Shown here: one piece after another, positions 45,949 to 53,296 of the stretch
How positions within the stretch are numbered: the stretch's first letter is position 1
Layout: the number at the start of each line of letters is the position of its first letter
Sequence record: MT944117.1
Origin: Escherichia phage PNJ1809-36
DNA length: 64,000 nucleotides
Direction: 5' to 3' (one strand)
The notes under the pieces: model-generated
What the model saw: only the letters and a program-made list of their open reading frames with translations
Told to the model about the DNA's origin: nothing
Databases searched by the model: none
Position numbers and translations under genes: made by a program

Positions 45949-46233
45949 ATGAGTAAAGCTAACACCGTGCTAATGTTTTCCCTGATTAATGATCCCGCTT
46001 ACTTGTCCAACATGACGCAGGAGGGTAACACATTAACGGCAACATTCACCAATAAGCTTGACCGAGTGATCATCATCTCACTGAAAACAGTTAGTAAAGG
46101 CTTTTACTCGTTAGCTTATCATTGGATCACTGATACCGATGAGACAAGCCAGGACTATAGCGCCCCTTTCCCTGAATCAATGGCACGGGAGATCATCGCC
46201 GCCGTTGTAAATGATGGTTTGTTTACTGCATAA
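45949..46233 (+). CDS. hypothetical protein (about 94 aa)
   Basis: ORF track 45919..46233 trimmed; the track start is the AUG inside the hairpin loop. Confidence 0.45.
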   Translation: MSKANTVLMFSLINDPAYLSNMTQEGNTLTATFTNKLDRVIIISLKTVSKGFYSLAYHWITDTDETSQDYSAPFPESMAREIIAAVVNDGLFTA

Positions 46234-46251
46234 AATAATTTAGAAAAAGGC

Positions 46252-46308
46252 TTGCAATCATTTTGAGATAGTGTATATTTAATTCATAGGGCGGCGGGAA
46301 TAGTTCCC
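46252..46308 (+). promoter_or_regulatory. promoter-hairpin cassette U16 (TTGCAA-16-TATATT)
   Basis: Hairpin gggaaUAGuuccc with 5' gggcggc extension. Confidence 0.5.
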
Positions 46309-46331
46309 AAAGCAAACGAGAGGATTACACG

Positions 46332-46451
46332 ATGAGCAAGTACACAGTAGAATACACGGTAGAGAATCCGGTAGTATCCGAAGGTAAAAAGATGACATTT
46401 GCCATCAGTATAATCGCTTTCGTTGTCACTATCTTATCAATCATCTTATAA
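46332..46451 (+). CDS. small membrane-anchored protein (39 aa)
   Basis: Manual translation MSKYTVEYTVENPVVSEGKKMTFAISIIAFVVTILSIIL. Confidence 0.35.
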   Translation: MSKYTVEYTVENPVVSEGKKMTFAISIIAFVVTILSIIL

Positions 46452-46461
46452 GGTGCACACC

Positions 46462-46623
46462 ATGAAAATAACAGACATTATCAAAGAGATCGCCCTTGCC
46501 GCTGGCGTTGAAGTCGAGGAAGTGATCGCGCTCAATCTTACAGAAAACGATCTGCGCAACTATGAAGCGGAAAGCGTGAAAGCAAGCGGCGCGGTCCTGG
46601 TATATGATCCGGCTAACAAGTAA
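46462..46623 (+). CDS. hypothetical protein (about 53 aa)
   Basis: ORF track 46423..46623 trimmed to ATG with AAGGTG SD. Confidence 0.4.
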   Translation: MKITDIIKEIALAAGVEVEEVIALNLTENDLRNYEAESVKASGAVLVYDPANK

Positions 46624-46632
46624 GGGGATAAC

Positions 46633-46743
46633 ATGAATCCGAAAGATATGCAAGCATGGAAAGGGTACGACGATCTAAGCGCCTTGCGCAATAAGTCAAG
46701 CCGTAACCTTAGACGGTTGGAAGCAAAGAAAAAGAAAAAATAG
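46633..46743 (+). CDS. possible basic peptide (36 aa)
   Basis: Manual translation MNPKDMQAWKGYDDLSALRNKSSRNLRRLEAKKKKK. Confidence 0.3.
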   Translation: MNPKDMQAWKGYDDLSALRNKSSRNLRRLEAKKKKK

Positions 46744-46744
46744 T

Positions 46745-46802
46745 TTGACAAGTCCGCGTAGTCTGATAATATGTATCTTGTAGCGCGGCAATGGTGCCGC
46801 TC
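46745..46802 (+). promoter_or_regulatory. promoter-hairpin cassette U17 (TTGACA-16-TAATAT)
   Basis: Hairpin gcgcggcAAUGGUgccgcuc. Confidence 0.6.
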
Positions 46803-46821
46803 ACAAGAAGAGAGAAAAATC

Positions 46822-47106
46822 ATGAAAATTACAAAAAGCCTAACTAATTATGCAGCACGTCGCGGATTATGCTTAACCGTTGAAAACTTAGGGAAAGAAG
46901 ACTTTTTGTGTTTTTGGGAGCTTGAGAATGATTGCGAGTGGATGTTTTCTTATTCTATCTGCGAAGATCAAAACGGTTGTTTGTTAACCTGGCGCGGTAA
47001 TATCTATTTACCGGAAGAAATTAAAGAAGAGTTACCAGGTACGATCATGACAGAGAGACAGCTTAAGGAAGTGATCAATTTTGTAGGGCAAAACATTAAA
47101 AAATAA
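46822..47106 (+). CDS. hypothetical protein (about 94 aa)
   Basis: ORF track 46771..47106 trimmed to ATG. Confidence 0.45.
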   Translation: MKITKSLTNYAARRGLCLTVENLGKEDFLCFWELENDCEWMFSYSICEDQNGCLLTWRGNIYLPEEIKEELPGTIMTERQLKEVINFVGQNIKK

Positions 47107-47107
47107 T

Positions 47108-47170
47108 TTGACAGTAGGCAAACAACGTAGTAAAGTTTATTACATAGAGCGGCGGAATGGTCCACCGCTC
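47108..47170 (+). promoter_or_regulatory. promoter-hairpin cassette U18 (TTGACA-17-TAAAGT)
   Basis: Hairpin gagcggcggAAUGGUccaccgcuc. Confidence 0.6.
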
Positions 47171-47191
47171 ACAACAGAAGAGAAACAAATC

Positions 47192-47362
47192 ATGATCCCG
47201 ACTATGTTTTATGTATCGCGCAAAGGTCACAATATTTTTTGGTCTGAAGATTTAAATGAAGCTATGACGTTTGCCCGTGATCGTGTTGCTATCGGTGGCG
47301 TTAACATCACCGTAACCGATGAAAATGGCATTGAATACTATAACGGCGACGATGAAGAATAA
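47192..47362 (+). CDS. hypothetical protein (about 56 aa)
   Basis: ORF track 47108..47362 trimmed; the track start is the -35 TTG. Confidence 0.4.
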   Translation: MIPTMFYVSRKGHNIFWSEDLNEAMTFARDRVAIGGVNITVTDENGIEYYNGDDEE

Positions 47363-47369
47363 TTAATGA

Positions 47370-47390
47370 GGCGGGGGAGTATTCCCCGCC
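47370..47390 (+). other. intercistronic GC hairpin without promoter
   Basis: ggcggggGAGUAUUccccgcc between the stop at 47362 and the next SD. Confidence 0.45.
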
Positions 47391-47409
47391 GTCAATAAAG
47401 AGGTAAATC

Positions 47410-47679
47410 ATGAAAATATCATTAGACGTTGCAATCAAGGCCATCGAATCTGGTTACATCCTGGTAAAAGATGATAAGGCTAAAATAGTGCATCATGTTA
47501 ACAAGGAAACAGGTGAAAGCATGATCACATATAAAGCCGCCTACTTTCTCCAATCAGTAGCAGATCCGCGCGTACAACGCCAGGTTACGGCGGCTATTGC
47601 TAAAAAATTATGTGCTTTACAGGGTACAAGTTTTAACGAGATCGCCCCGTGTTTTGAGTGGTCAAGCTTGAAAAAATAA
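47410..47679 (+). CDS. hypothetical protein (89 aa)
   Basis: ORF track. Confidence 0.45.
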   Translation: MKISLDVAIKAIESGYILVKDDKAKIVHHVNKETGESMITYKAAYFLQSVADPRVQRQVTAAIAKKLCALQGTSFNEIAPCFEWSSLKK

Positions 47680-47680
47680 T

Positions 47681-47742
47681 TTGACAACAATTATAAATCG
47701 GGTAGAATGTATTTCGTAGGGCGGGGCAATAAGGCAACGCCC
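47681..47742 (+). promoter_or_regulatory. promoter-hairpin cassette U19 (TTGACA-16-TAGAAT)
   Basis: Hairpin gggcg-(14-nt loop)-cgccc. Confidence 0.5.
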
Positions 47743-47760
47743 ATTAATGAGGGTAGAATC

Positions 47761-47865
47761 ATGTTAGAGAAAATTTTCACGGTCGTAGTAGTGGGCCTGG
47801 CGTTATCGGTTGGAGTGGTTGCGACTATGGCTAACATGATCCTATCTTCCCACGGTATCGGCTAA
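47761..47865 (+). CDS. small hydrophobic peptide (34 aa)
   Basis: Manual translation MLEKIFTVVVVGLALSVGVVATMANMILSSHGIG. Confidence 0.3.
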   Translation: MLEKIFTVVVVGLALSVGVVATMANMILSSHGIG

Positions 47866-47879
47866 AAGAGAGACACAAC

Positions 47880-48266
47880 ATGAAAACAGAAATCATTATT
47901 GAAATCATCAACGGCTATAAAGAAGCCTTTATTTTTGCTGAATCAGCAAGGGATCATGAAGGTAATTTTATTGATAACTTAGACGATTATGATTTTTCTC
48001 CTAGCGCGGACGAACGGATCGCCCAGGATGTAACAGCCTTTATTAATGCTAATCTTGCCGCTATCTCTGAGGCAATGAGCGACGGCGCAACAGCCAACCA
48101 GATCGGGAATGATTTACATTTTACCCGTAACAGTCACGGCGTAGGCTTTTGGGATCGCCCTGAAATATACACCACTAACACAGCCAACCGCCTAACCAAT
48201 GCAGCTAAGTTTATGCCGAACGTGTCGGCTTACATTGGTGAAGATAATTTGATTTATATTGAATAA
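47880..48266 (+). CDS. hypothetical acidic protein (128 aa)
   Basis: ORF track. Confidence 0.45.
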   Translation: MKTEIIIEIINGYKEAFIFAESARDHEGNFIDNLDDYDFSPSADERIAQDVTAFINANLAAISEAMSDGATANQIGNDLHFTRNSHGVGFWDRPEIYTTNTANRLTNAAKFMPNVSAYIGEDNLIYIE

Positions 48267-48272
48267 AAAGTA

Positions 48273-48329
48273 TTGACACAGATCGCCAGTGTGCTAATAT
48301 TTACCACGTAGGGCGGCAATGGTGCCGCC
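48273..48329 (+). promoter_or_regulatory. promoter-hairpin cassette U20 (TTGACA-16-TAATAT)
   Basis: Hairpin gggcggcAAUGGUgccgcc (no wobble pair). Confidence 0.6.
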
Positions 48330-48347
48330 GATAATGAGGAAAGTAAA

Positions 48348-48647
48348 ATGGAAACTATCGCTATTGTTACCGTAGAAAAACTGGTTGTTGGTGATGTATT
48401 CGCGTTAATGGTGCCTAACAGCAGCAAGCTGGGCGCTTATGAAGTAATGGATCATAAAAATGAATCATTTGGCGACGGTTGCACAATGGCGGTAAAATCC
48501 TTAAAGGATGGAATCATCCGTCAAGCTAATTGGCACAAAGGGAATCAAGTCGGATTAATATCAGCTAATTTCTTGCCAGAAGAGCAAACGTTAGACCAAC
48601 TATCAGGCGGTAAGACGTTAGCCGAACTACTGGAAACAGCGATCTAA
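48348..48647 (+). CDS. hypothetical protein (99 aa)
   Basis: ORF track. Confidence 0.45.
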   Translation: METIAIVTVEKLVVGDVFALMVPNSSKLGAYEVMDHKNESFGDGCTMAVKSLKDGIIRQANWHKGNQVGLISANFLPEEQTLDQLSGGKTLAELLETAI

Positions 48648-48655
48648 TCAACAAA

Positions 48656-48669
48656 GGGCGGCAACGCCC
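48656..48669 (+). other. intercistronic GNRA-tetraloop hairpin
   Basis: gggcgGCAAcgccc. Confidence 0.45.
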
Positions 48670-48690
48670 CACATCAGAAAGGAAAAGATT

Positions 48691-48927
48691 ATGAGTATTG
48701 CAACAGTATTAACCGCCGTTAAAACCGCTGAATCATCCGGCTTGCATGTTGAGCTTATAGATCAACCAGGTGGCGATCTCCTTGTCCAGGTTTACCCGCC
48801 GAAAGTAGGAGATGATTATTATTGGTGCTATTCTGATACGTTCGAACAAGTAGACACGAAAGCGATCACGGCTTTTATTTTAAAAGCTGTTGAAGAAAAT
48901 AACTTTCATTATAACATCAATCAATAA
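48691..48927 (+). CDS. hypothetical protein (78 aa)
   Basis: ORF track. Confidence 0.45.
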   Translation: MSIATVLTAVKTAESSGLHVELIDQPGGDLLVQVYPPKVGDDYYWCYSDTFEQVDTKAITAFILKAVEENNFHYNINQ

Positions 48928-48937
48928 ACTTTAAGCA

Positions 48938-48951
48938 GGGCGGTAACGCCC
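48938..48951 (+). other. intercistronic GNRA-tetraloop hairpin
   Basis: gggcgGUAAcgccc. Confidence 0.45.
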
Positions 48952-48982
48952 TATTAAACGCAATAGGAAGAGGATAGAAAGC

Positions 48983-49273
48983 ATGAAAAAGATGATCGCA
49001 GTAGTTGCCCTGGTTGTTGGTATTAACGCGCCTGCAATGGCTAATGATTTGCCTGAATCCATCACGTTAACCGATATCAACGCGGTAAACCGGATCGGTG
49101 TTAATTATCGCCTATGCCTTGCCGCTAAAACTTTCCAGGACGGCACGACAGAATACCACGGATTCGAGGGTATCCGCTGCGGTGAGCTTGCACGCGACCT
49201 TAAGGAAGATCCAGACCTTGAGGCCATACCGATGACCGTAAACGGTAAAGCTTACGTAAACCGCCAACAATGA
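48983..49273 (+). CDS. secreted protein (96 aa)
   Basis: ORF track; signal peptide MKKMIAVVALVVGINAPAMA. Confidence 0.45.
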   Translation: MKKMIAVVALVVGINAPAMANDLPESITLTDINAVNRIGVNYRLCLAAKTFQDGTTEYHGFEGIRCGELARDLKEDPDLEAIPMTVNGKAYVNRQQ

Positions 49274-49284
49274 GAAAGGTAATC

Positions 49285-49404
49285 ATGACAATGGGGATCA
49301 TAGTAGCAACGCTGGCGCTGATCCCCTTCCTGGTTGAATATGTGCTGATTAGTGTTGTCCTGGTAGTCAGTGACTTATTGGAAACGGTTGGCACCTGGTT
49401 TTAA
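49285..49404 (+). CDS. small membrane protein (39 aa)
   Basis: Manual translation MTMGIIVATLALIPFLVEYVLISVVLVVSDLLETVGTWF. Confidence 0.35.
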   Translation: MTMGIIVATLALIPFLVEYVLISVVLVVSDLLETVGTWF

Positions 49405-49416
49405 GGAGTAATAAAA

Positions 49417-49608
49417 ATGAATGCAGAACAAGTTAGAAAGGTATTAGCAGCGTTGCGGTATCACAACCATAGCAAGGTAAAGAATGATCCTGATTATGTG
49501 GATTCAAGCCTGGAAGAAGACACATTGCAAGCTATAAGCCATATGCAAGAATTGTTTAAGCGTATGACAGAGAAAAACAGATCTGATTATATAGGTGACG
49601 AGATCTAA
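49417..49608 (+). CDS. hypothetical protein (63 aa)
   Basis: ORF track. Confidence 0.45.
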   Translation: MNAEQVRKVLAALRYHNHSKVKNDPDYVDSSLEEDTLQAISHMQELFKRMTEKNRSDYIGDEI

Positions 49609-49614
49609 TCCTTA

Positions 49615-49647
49615 CAAAAACAGGGCTTGCTTTTGTCCTGTTTTTTG
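49615..49647 (+). terminator. intrinsic terminator
   Basis: aaaacagg-(12-nt loop)-ccuguuuu followed by UUG. Confidence 0.5.
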
Positions 49648-49785
49648 TTATACTTATTGAACGGGCGGCACCTGGTAGCAGGGGAAGATAATCACCGGAC
49701 GACCCCGCTATATATTGATAGCTAACATCTATCAAACAACAAAACATCAAAGAAATAAACTATCAAATCTTTACAATGCTACCTA

Positions 49786-49846
49786 TTGACACCGGATCAC
49801 GCTTACATTATTATTTATCACGTAGGGCGAGCAATACAGCAAGCCC
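49786..49846 (+). promoter_or_regulatory. promoter-hairpin cassette U21 (TTGACA-17-TATTAT)
   Basis: Hairpin gggcgagcAAUACagcaagccc. Confidence 0.5.
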
Positions 49847-49863
49847 ACAAAGAGGAAAATAAA

Positions 49864-50232
49864 ATGAGCAAATCAGCAATTAAAGCACTTGAAAAAGCAC
49901 AAGAAGTGATCGCAACGTCAACCACTGGCGCAAAGGTTAATCTCGTTGGTTATCTGACAGATGAAACTATCCGTAAAAATTGGCGTAATGCTGATTTACT
50001 GGCTTGCTTATTGATTAATAGTGTCGCTAATGCTTTCCAGTGTGAAACAGCCGAGAGCCTGGAGGCAAACTTGTTCGACAGTATGGATCAAGCCATTGAA
50101 ACCTATATTCAATCAAATTTAGATAGCTGGAACAATAAAACATGGCCCGACAACTTACGCGATACAACTGATCAACTGATCCGCCTTGCCGTGATGGTTG
50201 AACGCGATAACGTTCACAACCGCACAAAGTAA
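49864..50232 (+). CDS. hypothetical protein (about 122 aa)
   Basis: ORF track 49786..50232 trimmed to ATG with AAAGAGGAAA SD. Confidence 0.45.
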   Translation: MSKSAIKALEKAQEVIATSTTGAKVNLVGYLTDETIRKNWRNADLLACLLINSVANAFQCETAESLEANLFDSMDQAIETYIQSNLDSWNNKTWPDNLRDTTDQLIRLAVMVERDNVHNRTK

Positions 50233-50241
50233 GATTATACA

Positions 50242-50263
50242 AGGGGCGCACTAAGCGCCCTTT
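50242..50263 (+). other. GC hairpin after gene (weak terminator)
   Basis: aggggcgcACUAAgcgcccuu with only a short U run. Confidence 0.35.
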
Positions 50264-50290
50264 AACGTAAAGAAATGTAAATAATGCGCT

Positions 50291-50327
50291 ATCCCCTATT
50301 GACAGGGGATCGGCGTTATATTATATT
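50291..50327 (+). promoter_or_regulatory. promoter (TTGACA-17-TATATT) with -35 embedded in a perfect 7-bp inverted repeat (operator-like)
   Basis: atcccctATTGACaggggat. Confidence 0.5.
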
Positions 50328-50372
50328 TAACTCACTGGCAGCAAACAACGAAACGAAACAAAGGACAACACC

Positions 50373-50792
50373 ATGAACATTAAATCAAATAATCCAGCTT
50401 ACTCCTTCGATAACGCTTTTTGTCACGGTAGCGCCGCCAAAGGCTTCGAAATCGATGGTAAATTGGTTATCGTGAACGTTGACGGGGAAGAGGTTGCAGT
50501 ATATCCGGTAAACGATGTTAAAAGCCGTTTACAATGCCGCATGGATGTTACCGCATATCAGCTTGATCCGGTCCGTGTAGTTGCCCTGGTATTAGAGGAA
50601 GAGATCAAAGCAATGCATCATAGTAATAAGTTTATTGGTGACGCGCAGGATAATATGAACGTTTGCCGCCATAAAGTTAATGAAGCCTTGAAAGAATGCG
50701 GTTTTAAGGATCTGATGATTAAACGTGATGAAAAATTCCGCTTTCGTAATGACCTGGCAAACCGGATCTACTCAATCTATGAAGCGTTATAA
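50373..50792 (+). CDS. hypothetical protein (139 aa)
   Basis: ORF track. Confidence 0.45.
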   Translation: MNIKSNNPAYSFDNAFCHGSAAKGFEIDGKLVIVNVDGEEVAVYPVNDVKSRLQCRMDVTAYQLDPVRVVALVLEEEIKAMHHSNKFIGDAQDNMNVCRHKVNEALKECGFKDLMIKRDEKFRFRNDLANRIYSIYEAL

Positions 50793-50805
50793 TTGACAAC
50801 AAAAC

Positions 50806-50833
50806 AAGGGCGCACCAAGCGCCCTTTCTTTTT
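50806..50833 (+). terminator. intrinsic terminator, copy 2 of the duplicated 28-mer
   Basis: aagggcgcACCAAgcgcccuu followed by UCUUUUU. Confidence 0.7.
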
Positions 50834-51038
50834 GCCCGAATAATGTTGATAGATTCCGCCTATGAAAAACCGACACAGAACAAAACTGAATAGATCGCGG
50901 TATCGAGCTAATCAACCATTAAACGAATAACCATACCTCCCAGGGTAACAGGTTGTTAGAGAGCCATTTAGAGCGGTTAAAATCGATCAACAACCAACAA
51001 CAAACCATCAAAAACACCCTTTTACCTCCTTTCTAGTG

Positions 51039-51058
51039 CAATGATAACCATTATCATC
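51039..51058. promoter_or_regulatory. Fur-box-like operator C
   Basis: gcAATGATAAcCATTATCatc. Confidence 0.45.
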
Positions 51059-51383
51059 TATCCATGTTTATCTATGCAATATAAGTGCATAACTATAATG
51101 TTGATAATAGTTCGCAACAACTAACTAACCAACAACCTAAAACAATAAGCAAACTAATCATAATCAAAGGAATAATAGCAAGATGATTGATAACGACAAA
51201 CAATCAAACCATGATGAATACTAAGCAAGATAACGATAACACGACAAAACAACCAACTAACGAACAATAACAAACGAAACCATTAAAATAACAACTATTA
51301 GCAAAATAGTGCCTGAATGAAATCATTACAAAACGAATCATTCACAGGATCATCATTAGCACGCTATGCCGGACACATAGCGA

Positions 51384-51511
51384 GCTAATAATAAGCCAAC
51401 TACACCCCAACAATCATAACCATCGGTGATGGTTATTTCTTGTTACTGCGTAGCTTGCAATAATTGCAAGCGTAATGACGCTTACACTTATTGCGCTGGC
51501 TTATTATTAGC
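51384..51511. repeat. nested inverted repeats
   Basis: Outer arms gctaataataagccaac / gctggcttattattagc; inner palindromes aaccatcGGTgatggtt, cttgcaataattgcaag, agcgtaatgacgct. Confidence 0.55.
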
Positions 51512-51826
51512 ATTATATGTAATTACCAAGATCATAACATTAGCGCAATAACAATAATCATTGTGGTAATTACAAGATGAAATAATCGCTATCGCTCAAA
51601 GATTATTAGCAAGATGAATAATTGCACGTAGCAACATGAGCGAATAGCGACAGGTTGCATAGTGTGCACATAGATGTACACGCAGTGTATAAACATACAG
51701 GAAAATAAAGGCTAATCTTTTGGGGGCGAATACTATCGCGTAGCGATATGTTGAGCATCTTCTCTTAAACGTAAATAAAATCAGAAAATTCTTGATTTAT
51801 TTTAATTTTTATGTTAATAAACGTTT

Positions 51827-51845
51827 AAATAATAATCATTCTCAT
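51827..51845. promoter_or_regulatory. Fur-box-like operator D
   Basis: taAATAATAATCATTcTCat. Confidence 0.35.
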
Positions 51846-52006
51846 ATGAATAATAGTCTGCTTGTCATGAGCGGGATTAGTTGACAATGTTCCGTCATAT
51901 GATGAGGTTGCCAAACCATTGATAAATAAGTGTTTGTGTGATTTATAATCAAGCGGCCCACCTTGTCGCTATGTTGGCATGAGCCTTGCATAAGTCATTG
52001 AATACG

Positions 52007-52025
52007 AATGATAATTATTCTCATT
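52007..52025. promoter_or_regulatory. Fur-box-like operator E
   Basis: AATGATAATtATTcTCATT. Confidence 0.4.
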
Positions 52026-52284
52026 CGCATGATATTTGGGAATTGTCGCTGCGTGGACCTGACGGCCCGAAAATTCGCGTTAAGCACTTCTTACGTATGT
52101 GCCATGATTTTTGCCATATGATATTGATTCTACTAGATATTCTTGCCATGATTGCCATGAAACAGGGTGTCCCGAAATAATCTCTCCCTGTAGATATTTT
52201 GGGTTACTTTTTATACAAGAGTGGGGTGTCAAAAATAATTGGTATATATGGGATAATTGATAGGAATCCCCTATGATAATTCGA

Positions 52285-52313
52285 TTGTAATTCCCTAAGA
52301 TTGATCGTATGAT
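52285..52313 (+). promoter_or_regulatory. candidate sigma70-like promoter (TTGTAA-17-TATGAT)
   Basis: About 55 nt upstream of the ATG at 52367. Confidence 0.35.
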
Positions 52314-52366
52314 GTTGGTGATTGATGATTGCCATGAAAGATGGCTAACGATGAGAGGAGATTATC

Positions 52367-52741
52367 ATGCAAGAGAGTAAAAATGTTCCGTTGAGTAGTG
52401 CAACATTGCTTCGCTTCTATAAAGCATGGATTGCCAACTATCCTGCAATGAATCGCACAACGAGTGGCTTATGTGGTTGTCTGGTAGATTATGTAGATGA
52501 TTTTGTTGGTGAGACAACTAGAGAAGAAGATAGAAGATGGCGTGATCATTTGTTGGACCGTTTGAAATATGAAATGAGGAAACAATTTACATGTGCAGGG
52601 CTGGACTACAATCTTCCGTTCAATGCAGATTGCATGGATTACCTTTCAGAGTGTATAAACTTGGCGTGTCATACCAACACGTTACGTCTTCAATGGGTGA
52701 AAGACAGAATCGAAGATGCAAATAATGCTTGCATTGAATAA
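52367..52741 (+). CDS. paralog family C member 1 (124 aa)
   Basis: ORF track; shares FY-x-W...GLC-C-L...EM...AGL...PF...L-x-W-VKDR with 57054, 60283, 61048. Confidence 0.5.
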   Translation: MQESKNVPLSSATLLRFYKAWIANYPAMNRTTSGLCGCLVDYVDDFVGETTREEDRRWRDHLLDRLKYEMRKQFTCAGLDYNLPFNADCMDYLSECINLACHTNTLRLQWVKDRIEDANNACIE

Positions 52742-52812
52742 AAATGTCTGTATGATGGTTTGCATGAGAGGTGCGATATCGCGCATAACAAACAGCTAAT
52801 GAGGAGATTGGA

Positions 52813-53025
52813 ATGCATAGCATGAAACGCATGAAAATTCGTATTGAGAATGATGGTGGTTATAAAGGATTGGCACATGCAAAATTTCCACTTGTGCTGG
52901 AAGCTACGGTGGAATACAGTGGGCTTGCTCATGTGCGATTCTCGAAGATGATGGAAGTGCAGGAGTGGTTTTGGGACGAGATAGATGCACGAGAAGGGGG
53001 AAGATTATGTTTTCTTTCCTCATGA
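52813..53025 (+). CDS. hypothetical protein (70 aa)
   Basis: ORF track. Confidence 0.45.
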   Translation: MHSMKRMKIRIENDGGYKGLAHAKFPLVLEATVEYSGLAHVRFSKMMEVQEWFWDEIDAREGGRLCFLSS

Positions 53026-53056
53026 ATATGAAATCGTTTATTAAAGGTTGTGTGCA

Positions 53057-53296
53057 ATGATCACACCACAACAGAATGAAGCAGCAATGGATCTTCTTGA
53101 TAGTTTGTATTTCGATAATTGGTACTCTGAATGTGAATGGATGAATATGCAAACTCTGAAAGAGAAGACAGAAGCGTTGATTACCGTAGATCAATTTCTT
53201 GCAGAGACGGAAAGAATGAATTATGATATGGCATCTCGCGCACGACGCGTTTCCATTTTCAATAAAATGTTAGCATTATGGGGAGGTAGAAAATGA
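53057..53296 (+). CDS. hypothetical protein (about 79 aa)
   Basis: ORF track trimmed from TTG to ATG. Confidence 0.45.
   Translation: MITPQQNEAAMDLLDSLYFDNWYSECEWMNMQTLKEKTEALITVDQFLAETERMNYDMASRARRVSIFNKMLALWGGRK

Larger units (their letters stand above)
50836..52366. other. 1.5-kb ORF-free region: A/C-only runs, nested palindromes, Fur-box-like sites, TGCCATGA repeats
   Basis: No ORF of 60 aa or more with RBS on either strand; runs such as caacaaccaacaacaaaccatcaaaaacac; see findings. Confidence 0.6.

Noticed and set aside
40362-48329. AUG in the AAUGGU hairpin loop as the start of a conserved upstream ORF
   Set aside because: The frame and length of the resulting ORF differ between cassettes (8-11 codons, or in-frame fusion to the main gene in one case), so the AUG is more likely part of a structural or protein-binding loop.
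40323-49863. Long N-terminal extensions of ORF-track entries at 40323, 47108 and 49786, and the start at 45919
   Set aside because: The first three begin at the TTG of a -35 TTGACA box and the fourth at the AUG inside the leader-hairpin loop; in each case the real start is the downstream ATG that follows an SD.
40323-50833. Possibility that the repeated promoter-hairpin units are a CRISPR array
   Set aside because: Units are 250-500 bp apart and contain protein-coding genes; the repeats are promoter-like and not identical; no cas genes.
51986-52180. Plus-strand ORF 51986..52180
   Set aside because: TTG start inside a Fur-box-like site in a region full of repeats, with no RBS.
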